Positions 38,178-47,000 of a stretch of DNA of 64,000 nucleotides are shown here, piece by piece. Within the stretch, counting starts at the first letter, position 1; each line of letters begins with the position of its first letter. The stretch is from a virus, in IMG/VR virus record IMGVR_UViG_3300037471_000902, positions 32,001 through 96,000 of that record; one strand, given 5' to 3'. The translations under genes were made by a program, and so were the position numbers. A model generated the notes under the pieces. The model did not search any database and had not been told where the DNA came from. It saw only the letters and a program-made list of their open reading frames with translations.

Positions 38178-38625
38178 AAGTTGGGTTGGATGTCTCTGGG
38201 AGGATCAGATCCTCACCATCAAAAATTTTGACTGTCCCATAACCAAAAACCTTCTCAAGGGCTTCTCTGTAGCGAAGCTGCAGACTTGGCAAGACAAAAC
38301 TCGCATGTGAGGAGCGTGATGACTTGACGGTAACATCAGCATGAACTTGATGACCACGTGGATACATCTTCTCCTTCTTAAGAAGTTCCTTCACGTGATT
38401 AGCTACTTCAGGATCATCGCTCAAATCACTTATCAAGTCATGCTTCAAATCCTTTAGATCACCCTTTCTTCGCAGTCCATGCACATAGACGTCCTCGCAA
38501 TTGCCTAGAGCCTTCTTCAAGGCATCTATGATTTCCGTCTCACTCATCTCTCTACTCAGCGTGATGACATAGTAGATGGCATAGTATGAGTAATTCTCGG
38601 CAAGAAATTGTTTGAACGTGTTCAT
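38176..38625 (-). CDS. Putative internal head protein
   Basis: Leader MNTFKQFLAE; internal LISDLSDDPEV. Confidence 0.7.
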   Translation of the reverse strand: MNTFKQFLAENYSYYAIYYVITLSREMSETEIIDALKKALGNCEDVYVHGLRRKGDLKDLKHDLISDLSDDPEVANHVKELLKKEKMYPRGHQVHADVTVKSSRSSHASFVLPSLQLRYREALEKVFGYGTVKIFDGEDLILPETSNPT

Positions 38626-40205
38626 GCGCTTTCTCTAATTTTTCGGCGGTAGTAATCCACACCCTGTAGATCAATACCATTCACGGCATTTCCTACGCCG
38701 TCATGGTGAATAAGACCATATGCAAACTCGCCCTTTGTAAGCGAAGGATAGCGAGCACTGTGTGGCGTCTGCTTGATTGGTTTTCCAGCAATCGTGGTTT
38801 TGCCGGACGCATTGTAGCCGTTCCAGTAGGGCTTTATTTCAGCCTTGTAGAATTGAATCATTGCTTTTGTGGCTTTATACGCATCACAGCGGTCTGCGCA
38901 TGCTGTAGTGCCATGATATTTCAATGCAATTTTGTCAAGCATTTGATAGAGCCCCATCGCAGAACTTGTTGGGTTCTTAGCATAGGGGTTATATCTAGAC
39001 TCAATCTTTGCAATGAACTTGATAAGCTTTTTGTCCTCAGCATCTAGTGAACCATCCTCATCAAGTGCACGCTCAATTTCAGCATTCACCGCGTTGGCAT
39101 CTGGAATCACACTGGGGGTGCAATCAGATACAGATGGCATCTGATTGCTAGATGGTGGAGTAGTGCTATTTGGTTCAGATGTTGTGGGATCAGATCCAAT
39201 CACTAGTGGACAGCCACCACCGCTTCTAGCATTCACTTCGTGCTGCGTAAGTGCTGGTGACGTGTTAGTTCTTGTTTGATCTGCTGGCTGCGATCCGTCA
39301 TTCTGGACGGGTGGGGTAATTATTATAGACCCACGAATATACGGGGTCGGATCAACTGGTGTACTACCACCTAAATGCAGCTCAAAGTGCAGGTGGGGAC
39401 CAGTGCTAGCACCCGTAGATCCTTCAAGCGCGATGACTTGTCCTTGACGAACTTTTTGTCCATTGCTTACAAGAAGTTGTTTGCAGTGGGCGTATAGCGT
39501 CATGCCTAGAAGTTTACCGTCAGCTGCCTTGTGATTGATTCTAATGCAGTTGCCATATCCACCAGCTGATCCAGCAAAGCACACGTCTCCATCAGCAGCA
39601 GCTACAATTTTGCCTTGACCCTTTGCACCAGGAGACATGGCAACCCAGTCTTGACCCTTGTGGAATTTCTGAACTTTAGAGATCGGATGAATGCGTGGGC
39701 CGAAACCGCTGTTAACCTTTGCTGATCCTGACGAAGGAACGTACGGTTGGACTAGGGAGAAGGACTCCCCTTTTGTTGGTTTGCTAGGAGAGAAAGTGAA
39801 TTGGCGAGAGTCAATGACGCCCTCGCTATCATTCGCGGTGATTGTAATTTGGAACGTTGCACCTTCTTGCGAGGTGTCAACAGTACCACTCAACTTGCCA
39901 GTTGATGAGACAAACGAGAGTCCAGGAACCGATGGACTCATTGTCCACGATGTTGCTGTGCGAGGTCCCTGTGAAAGCGTAAACGTCTCATCGACTTTCA
40001 ATTGAGCGTCAGCAGTGATAGAGGTGTTTTGAATTCTATTGACTAAATCTTGGCGCGCGTCGTCCTTTGGACCCGCATCATTTCCGCGCAATGCGTAGCA
40101 ATCAATGTTTTCACCGGGCAAAATCTCAGTAAAAGGAACTCCATTGTTTGGAGGAATCCTCGTGGGACGTTCATTTACTACCGGTTTTTCGCAACCACAA
40201 CTCAT
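38622..40205 (-). CDS. Multidomain peptidoglycan hydrolase: Ig-like + M23 peptidase + lysozyme/transglycosylase-like
   Basis: PGLSF..STGKLSGT (Ig-like); HKGQD and GPHLHFE (M23); IESRYNPYAKN..SSAMGLYQ (SLT-like). Confidence 0.85.
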   Translation of the reverse strand: MSCGCEKPVVNERPTRIPPNNGVPFTEILPGENIDCYALRGNDAGPKDDARQDLVNRIQNTSITADAQLKVDETFTLSQGPRTATSWTMSPSVPGLSFVSSTGKLSGTVDTSQEGATFQITITANDSEGVIDSRQFTFSPSKPTKGESFSLVQPYVPSSGSAKVNSGFGPRIHPISKVQKFHKGQDWVAMSPGAKGQGKIVAAADGDVCFAGSAGGYGNCIRINHKAADGKLLGMTLYAHCKQLLVSNGQKVRQGQVIALEGSTGASTGPHLHFELHLGGSTPVDPTPYIRGSIIITPPVQNDGSQPADQTRTNTSPALTQHEVNARSGGGCPLVIGSDPTTSEPNSTTPPSSNQMPSVSDCTPSVIPDANAVNAEIERALDEDGSLDAEDKKLIKFIAKIESRYNPYAKNPTSSAMGLYQMLDKIALKYHGTTACADRCDAYKATKAMIQFYKAEIKPYWNGYNASGKTTIAGKPIKQTPHSARYPSLTKGEFAYGLIHHDGVGNAVNGIDLQGVDYYRRKIRESA

Positions 40206-40208
40206 GGT

Positions 40209-40814
40209 TTATTTTCCTAGCTTGCACTTGAACTTACCATCGTGGAAGTAAAGAGTCATCATTACCTGCATCGTTAAGTATGGGAAATATTCATCATTTG
40301 TAAATTCATTCCACGCATCAATTACACAATTGATGAAATGTTCACCAGTGATTTCATTTGGTGTTAAGTCATCACCCATATAACGACTAAAACCCCTCGT
40401 GGCCATGGCGCGCATTGAGGCACTGGCAATGCCAATGCGTTTGAGTTCTCTAAAAAGAAGATTCAAGCTATCAACAGCATCAAGTAAAGATTGTTCAATC
40501 TGTGATTTTTGTTCTGGTATCTCAAGGTCTTCATTTCCATCATAAAGATTGTCTAGGAAATGTTTGTTGGAATCGGCTTGCTTAATTTGGCAAATGACTG
40601 AAATGTTATCATCATTTTTAAATTCGTGCACATTAGTAAAAACCGAGAGATCAATTTGCTCATTATTTGACTGTAACAGATTTACATATCCTGCTGGCGA
40701 GTTGGGATGCAATCTCCCTGGCACCTTGCGGTTAAACGCAGCCTCAAGCATTGTTCTCACAATATTACTAAGAATTGTCCCGCGCCGATAACTGGCCACT
40801 TCGTTTAATTTCAT
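40209..40814 (-). CDS. Hypothetical protein with a capsid-targeting-like leader
   Basis: MKLNEVA; internal FLDNLYD. Confidence 0.65.
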   Translation of the reverse strand: MKLNEVASYRRGTILSNIVRTMLEAAFNRKVPGRLHPNSPAGYVNLLQSNNEQIDLSVFTNVHEFKNDDNISVICQIKQADSNKHFLDNLYDGNEDLEIPEQKSQIEQSLLDAVDSLNLLFRELKRIGIASASMRAMATRGFSRYMGDDLTPNEITGEHFINCVIDAWNEFTNDEYFPYLTMQVMMTLYFHDGKFKCKLGK

Positions 40815-41107
40815 TTTGATGATTGTTGATCGAGCTTCTTCTGTTCGTCGCTTAGAAACTTTGCGATTTCATGAAGTTTTGCTTCGAGTTCTTCAACGCG
40901 CATATTCATTTCGGCTGCCCAACGAGCAACGTCAGATTGATCTGCCTTGTCCCAATCAACACTAGGTAATGGAGCTGGAATAGTAAGCGATTCTTTGGGA
41001 GGAACGCGAAGAATGTATTCCTGCTTTACAACAGTTGTTGGTTCAATCTTTTCCACTGACGCACAACCCGTCAGCAGAATCATTAATGCTAAAGCGATCT
41101 TCTTCAT
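40811..41107 (-). CDS. o-spanin (Rz1-like lipoprotein)
   Basis: Signal peptide with lipobox LLTGC, Pro-rich middle; directly downstream of the i-spanin. Confidence 0.8.
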   Translation of the reverse strand: MKKIALALMILLTGCASVEKIEPTTVVKQEYILRVPPKESLTIPAPLPSVDWDKADQSDVARWAAEMNMRVEELEAKLHEIAKFLSDEQKKLDQQSSK

Positions 41108-41514
41108 TTCTTCTTCCTTTTCTGGATGTCCTTTAGAGTCTCACGAAGAACGGGAGCAATAGTTCCGTTGTTTCGTGGATCCTTCAGCATCTCATCAATT
41201 TTCTTGTTAGCGTCAGCGAGATTTGCTTGGCTGACTTGCTTTTGTTTAGCGAGTTCTGCAATCAACGCTTGAGCATCCTTGCGCTCTTCCAAAAGCTTCT
41301 TGTTAGCTTCTACCGTAGATTGATTTGCCTTAGCAGCTTCTTCAAGATTAAACTTCAGCGTGGTATTGTTGGCTTTCAAAATAGCGTTGTTCTCTTGAAG
41401 CGTAGACACTTGCTTCTCAGCAGAGTGGAGTTGAAACCTTGTGAGACCCAGAATTAGTGCGAGTACCAAAACTGCACCAATGAGGACCTTTGTCAAAATG
41501 CTACCGGTGAACAT
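41104..41514 (-). CDS. i-spanin (Rz-like)
   Basis: N-terminal TM helix and a long coiled coil. Confidence 0.8.
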   Translation of the reverse strand: MFTGSILTKVLIGAVLVLALILGLTRFQLHSAEKQVSTLQENNAILKANNTTLKFNLEEAAKANQSTVEANKKLLEERKDAQALIAELAKQKQVSQANLADANKKIDEMLKDPRNNGTIAPVLRETLKDIQKRKKK

Positions 41515-41546
41515 ATTTTCCCTTTTACTTCATCCATGACTGAACA

Positions 41547-41867
41547 TCATAGCTTCTTGCTCGTCAGACCTCGCATAAACTTCATATGGTCGTCACGTAC
41601 TTTCTGTTTCGCAAAGCCAGCAGGTTTTGCAAACTTTTCAAACTTAGCCCGATCCATTTGAAAGTCGAGATTAGGATTACTAGCATCACAGAATTGTACA
41701 ACCGTGTCAGTTAGATCAGTGATTTGGTACAGGTGATCATCGTAGACCGCTACTTCACCTTTTTTAAAGAATGAATATGCGCGCGTCGAAGTTTTGAATT
41801 CAAATTCCATATCTACTTCAAGCGTCATTTCGACTATCAATGACCCCAATTCTTGTAGAAGTTTCAT
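41547..41867 (-). CDS. Member of the small beta-rich paralog family
   Basis: Leader MKLLQELGSLIVE (ATGA coupled at 41867); ends KFMRGLTSKKL. Confidence 0.65.
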   Translation of the reverse strand: MKLLQELGSLIVEMTLEVDMEFEFKTSTRAYSFFKKGEVAVYDDHLYQITDLTDTVVQFCDASNPNLDFQMDRAKFEKFAKPAGFAKQKVRDDHMKFMRGLTSKKL

Positions 41868-42094
41868 AGAGTTCTGCGTGATGCAGTAGTTAGGGCGCGG
41901 AGAGCCGCGTTGAACGCACAAGGTTCGACACGAAGGTTACCCAAATCATAGTCATTTATGACTGATTCATCAACTTCATTGAAGTGGAAAATTCCCTTGT
42001 TGCCAATCTTCTCAATGTAGTCTAGGCGATAGCCTAAAAACTTCAAGGAAGCTGCTAGAAGAATGTCTTGGGTTTCGATGGTCTTTTTGGACAT
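41864..42094 (-). CDS. DUF5659-like small protein
   Basis: ETQDILLAASLKFLGYRL..IEK.GNKGIFHF; late-promoter hairpin upstream. Confidence 0.6.
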   Translation of the reverse strand: MSKKTIETQDILLAASLKFLGYRLDYIEKIGNKGIFHFNEVDESVINDYDLGNLRVEPCAFNAALRALTTASRRTL

Positions 42095-42096
42095 GT

Positions 42097-42138
42097 TCTT
42101 TCCTATAGATTGATCAGATATTTATGATCTAGGAAAGA
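42097..42138 (-). promoter_or_regulatory. TAAATA in a hairpin loop whose 3' arm contains the RBS
   Basis: tctttccta...gatca-gatattta-tgatc-taggaaaga; motif at 42119-42124. Confidence 0.6.
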
Positions 42139-42144
42139 TTGGGA

Positions 42145-42429
42145 CTAGCTTTTTAATGAATTCAGGAAGGCACGATCAAATTCACGTTTCGGCGACGTCG
42201 AATTAAGGAATGTTTTCTCGTCAAGATCGAATAATCCAGCATCAACATCAGTCGCGTCGATAAAATAGACGCGTCCATTCTTTCTTTCCTTAACAAGGAT
42301 TTTGTGTCCTGGGGAGAAATAATTGTCAGGAGGCGGGACATTCCCGCACTCGCACCCGGCTTCGAAAGGCTTCGTGACAACGAACATGTCGGCACTTTCG
42401 AATAGATCAAATAAATCACAGACTTTCAT
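42145..42429 (-). CDS. Member of the small beta-rich paralog family
   Basis: MKVCDLFDLFE; FVVTKPFEA...FSPGHKILVKERKNGRVYF; ends FLNSLKS. Confidence 0.7.
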   Translation of the reverse strand: MKVCDLFDLFESADMFVVTKPFEAGCECGNVPPPDNYFSPGHKILVKERKNGRVYFIDATDVDAGLFDLDEKTFLNSTSPKREFDRAFLNSLKS

Positions 42430-42980
42430 TCAAATTCCTTCAAATGCTTAATCAACTCGACAGTCTGTCTGACATCCTTGCTATATTGATACATGGCATC
42501 GCGCTGTTTCTGACCGTGCAGCGAGTTTATCTTCTTCAGGTACTCGCGTGAGTTTAGGTAATGATAGCGCGCACCAACAGCATTCTTAAGCCATTTTTCG
42601 AAACCATATTTAAAGCCGTCGCGCGTGAGCACGAATAGTAGGGACCAATCAACACGCACCTCAAAACTTTTATCGGGGGTTAGTATACCTTCAAGTGCCT
42701 CGAACTCTTTATCAAGTTTCTTAAGCGCTTTGTTAGCTAATGAGCTGAGCTGATCCTTTTCATCTATGGACAGCAAATCATAGTAGTCAAAGCAAGTATT
42801 ACTGACGTTCCATTTGAAAGTAACAACATACTCCCCATCACCAGCCCATGCGTATTTTCTCTTATCGATAGTGACGTTAACGAATTTGTCCGCTTTTGCA
42901 AGTTCATGTTTTGCACGTTCAAAATAGATCTTCCTGTACTCTGGTGGGAAGTCACCATCGATAAGTTCACTAAATTTCAT
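42426..42980 (-). CDS. Hypothetical protein with a capsid-targeting-like leader
   Basis: MKFSELID; ATGA coupled. Confidence 0.65.
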   Translation of the reverse strand: MKFSELIDGDFPPEYRKIYFERAKHELAKADKFVNVTIDKRKYAWAGDGEYVVTFKWNVSNTCFDYYDLLSIDEKDQLSSLANKALKKLDKEFEALEGILTPDKSFEVRVDWSLLFVLTRDGFKYGFEKWLKNAVGARYHYLNSREYLKKINSLHGQKQRDAMYQYSKDVRQTVELIKHLKEFE

Positions 42981-43420
42981 TTTCGTCTACCCATGCGGCG
43001 ATCGTGGGCACGTTGTCTTAATTCATCTTGTACGTCAGGATCATCATGCAGATCATGAAGTTTCAGCTTGTTTGCAGAAAGATATTGCACGTCTCTTAGC
43101 ATGTTGTGTGCAGCTAAAGCAATTTCATCTGCTTCAAAGCGACCTGGAGAGTTAGGAGAAGAGAAGTGCGGTTTGAAGTACTCACTTTTGATTTCATTCT
43201 CGTCTCCGAACAGTCGCAGACGAACTTGCTCCATATATTCATGATACTCAATCTCAACACACGGGTCATCTTCTTCTGTAGCAGCCGCATTGTAGACGAT
43301 GAGCATGTGCTCACCATGAAAATCCTCGATATACAGCTTACCACCCCTCAATTCATCCTTGATGTTCTTGATTGGGTTTTGAATCTTGAAACGATTTTCA
43401 AGAAGCTCTATGAATTTCAT
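42977..43420 (-). CDS. Hypothetical protein with a capsid-targeting-like leader
   Basis: MKFIELLE; C-terminal LHDLHDDPDV. Confidence 0.7.
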   Translation of the reverse strand: MKFIELLENRFKIQNPIKNIKDELRGGKLYIEDFHGEHMLIVYNAAATEEDDPCVEIEYHEYMEQVRLRLFGDENEIKSEYFKPHFSSPNSPGRFEADEIALAAHNMLRDVQYLSANKLKLHDLHDDPDVQDELRQRAHDRRMGRRK

Positions 43421-43986
43421 GATACAGCAATAGTGAGCGTATATGTCACTACCAATTCTCTGTTAGCAGTTTTTAGAATTGGGGAGAAGACAATGTGCGT
43501 AAGCAATTTGTTATCTTCAGTGAAGAGACCTAGTTCGTCAAATGCAAACTGTGCATCTGGGTTAGTATTTGGTGGCGAATCAGAAAGATCCTGTCCGCTT
43601 GGTTCACCAGCAGCAATCGTTGCAGTGCAGATCACGATTGATGTGGTTGCTGGATCAAGACTTTCCTGATACGTGACAGAGTTTTCAGCTGGTGCTGAAA
43701 CATCCGCGTCATCGATGATTTCTTCATATGTCGCGTTATAGAGATCTGCCGTAGATCCCGTCACGTTAGGAGCTTGGTAGGTGATTTGGTTAGTGCCATC
43801 AATCGATGAACCACCATTACCTAATTTCAATTTGTAGATAACGCCATTCGCGTCATTAGCAAGGCATCTAGCAATGGCGATAGCCATGTTCTTATTATGG
43901 ACCGCATTGAACTTGTCAAGAACGACTTCGCCTGTAGCTTTGTCCTGAATAAGGACGTGACCTTTAACCTGAGTTTGGATTTGCAT
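43417..43986 (-). CDS. Baseplate/tail-collar-like structural protein
   Basis: KGHVLIQD...NAVH...LGNGG...FDELGLF...LLTHIVFSPILKTANRELVVTYTL; TAAATA at 44011-44016. Confidence 0.75.
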   Translation of the reverse strand: MQIQTQVKGHVLIQDKATGEVVLDKFNAVHNKNMAIAIARCLANDANGVIYKLKLGNGGSSIDGTNQITYQAPNVTGSTADLYNATYEEIIDDADVSAPAENSVTYQESLDPATTSIVICTATIAAGEPSGQDLSDSPPNTNPDAQFAFDELGLFTEDNKLLTHIVFSPILKTANRELVVTYTLTIAVS

Positions 43987-44030
43987 TAAATTTCTCCGTG
44001 GAGCTGATTCTATTTATCCATGTGCCTTCA

Positions 44031-47000
44031 TTATCGGGCTGCGTAGTGGGCCGCAATTCTTGTTGATGAAAGTACTGTGTTGTAGATTGCTACTTCACCA
44101 ATTCGCCCCTTGAATGCAGATACTCCCACGCCAACCCCAGCTTCTTGAGCTGCTCCAATTCTCCAAGGAACAGTATTGCTGTTAATTGTGATTGTTGCAG
44201 TCGACACGCTTCCTTGGCTTACGCCATTTACCCAGAGGGCCGCTGTACCACCAGCGCTGTATGTAGCAACAACGTGATAATCCTGACCTGGAGTCAAAAC
44301 GTTAGACAGAACTTCAGCATCTACTGTTAGATCGTTTCCTGTTGATAATCTGAATCTGAGCTTGTTGATAGATCCATCCCAAACAACGGCAACTGGGAAA
44401 TCAGAAGCAGTTTGTGGATCATAGATCGTTTTTCCAACAATGAACTGCATTGGCTGTGTGTTGCTTCCATCCGCGTTGAAGAAGAACTCAATGGACAGCG
44501 TTGTGTAGCCTGTTGTAATGCTCGTGTTGACACATGAAGCACTTGTTCCAGAGAACAAAACAGAACCTCCACCACTTGTGAAACCCGCCTGATTCAAGGT
44601 ATATGTGCCATTGTACGTTCCAGCAATTCCAGTAGCACCGCCGGCGATTCCAGTAGAGCCACTGTTAAAGGCGGTGGTACCAATTACTTCATTAAGCCTG
44701 TAGTACATAACAGGGGAGTCAGCCAATATCTGCTGATGATATCTAGCCGCGACTGGGAAGACATCTCCAGGAATTGAATAATTGGATGTGTGTCTACCAG
44801 TTCCAATTGTTATCCGCACTGGTCCCATATTACCAGTAAAGACAGCTGTAGAGTCAGGAATACGGGCTGCCTGTGCTGCGCCAAGACACCCAGCATCTGA
44901 ACTGAAGTTGCCCGATATTGACAAGGTCCCTTCTAAATTACCATTAGCGAAAATGTAAACAATTGAACCAACTCTTGACATCTCAACAAAGTGCCAAGTA
45001 CTGAATGCTAGAGCTGTGGTCCCTGTTACAGCACTGCCGCCCTTTTGGAAGTATATATTTCCGCTAGCATTGATGCCGAATGACGTTCTGTTGGCAAAAT
45101 CACCAGTACCATTGGTATATTGTGACCAAATATAGCCGCTGGTTGTTGGATAAATCCAAGCCTCTACAGTTGCGTCTTCACCAGCAATATGCGCCCCGGC
45201 TGGAAGTTCTAGACGCGGAGTACCTCCTGACGGACCAGGGAAAGACATGGTGCTAAACCCAGCAAACTTGACAGTCGATGACGAGGATGATAGACCATTG
45301 TTGTTTGACAGCGTAATGTTAGCTGGTGACTTATCAGTGAATGACCCATCATTTAGAATGAGTTTTACTTGCTGTAAATTCTTGTCATTATTCTCTTTCA
45401 GCGTTATGGGAGCTGAGACAGTATTTGAGGCAATTGCCTGCACATCATAGGTAAATGCATTTGGCTCTGCTGATACATCGTTCATGCCGAGTTTTGGAAC
45501 GAATGGAGATACTGGCGGAACAAATGGTGCTGTATAGCGCGCAACACCACGTGTAATTCTTATATCATCAATATAGCCGCTAAACCACCAGTCATTGTTG
45601 CCACCACCATTGGGGTACTGACCAATGCGTATGGCAGTTCCGGGGTCGTACATAGCTCCCGGTGCGGTCGCAATCGCGACAACTGCACCGTTCACAAAGA
45701 CACGCATTGCGTTGTTAGCCACTGTGAAAGTAAAAGCAACGTGGTACCATGTGTTTGTCGTGATGATGCCAGCTGGTGATGCTGCAGCAGTAACAACGGT
45801 TCCAGAGCTGGTGCCTATTGTGCCAGATATGGAACCGTTGTTGTACACACGAAGTCCATATGCTTCTTTCGTGCTACCAGATATTTCTCCCTTTTCTAAA
45901 ATGCAGCATCCCGTAGATGCTGTACCAAGGGAATTAAGATAAATCCAGGCTTCAATCGTGAAATCTACTACAGCCAAGTTTAGTGAGCTGCTGTTTTGGA
46001 CAGCGATAGAATCGTCAACACCATCCAAGAACAGTGCAGATCCGAACTTACCAAATGAACTAATGAATGGTGCGCCACTGCTGCCTGTTCCCATGCCGAC
46101 AGTGTTGACGTTAATAGATGCATCAGTGAAAGTTGTCGATCCATTGCTTCCATTAAAGTTCAACAACAGTGCAACTTGGTTGAAATATGGGTCAACCATT
46201 AACGGGAGTGGTGTTGTAGGAATGGGGAATTTATCGATATAGCGCGCGATACCTTTACTGATACGGACCTGATCCATATAGCCTGACCAATACTGGTTTG
46301 AACCTGAATTATCGCGGCCTATTACGCATCGTGCATCTGCAAAAGTTGCAGATGTTACCCATGTTCCAGTGATGACACCATCCACAAATGCTCGTATGCT
46401 TGTACCAGAACGACAGAGCGCAATATGAGTCCATCCATTCAGCGCTGGACCTAAAGTTGATTGCCCCGAAATTTGGTCTGCGTTATTTGAAAAGATCTGC
46501 AGAATGCCGTTAGACGCATACAACATGAATCCGATTGAACTGCCCGCAGTCGCCCGACCATCGAATAACACATGACCACCAGTGTTGTTAGTCGAGTACA
46601 CCCACATTTCGATAGTGAAGTCCGACGAACTAAGGTTTATAGCACCGTTAGGGACACTTAAGTAACTTGTTGTTCCGTTGAATGAGAATGATAATGAACC
46701 AAACTTGGCTTGTGCAGAGGATGTGGTAACTGCAGTATGAGTGATAGCGTTAAGCAGCTGAGAATAATCCACTGGTCTAGTATTATTCATCGCGCTTAGG
46801 ATAAGCACGTTCTTGATCCAGTACAGATCCCCAGTATGGGAAAACGGAGTAACAGATGGTGTAAATGAACCTGTATATCTTGCCGTTCCATTTGTTACGC
46901 GGAAATCTGAAAGGTAGAATTGTGCAGCGCACTCACCCAGAATAATACCACCAACACCATTTCCCCATGTTGCGCCATCTGTGAATGTTCCCAAGAGTGA

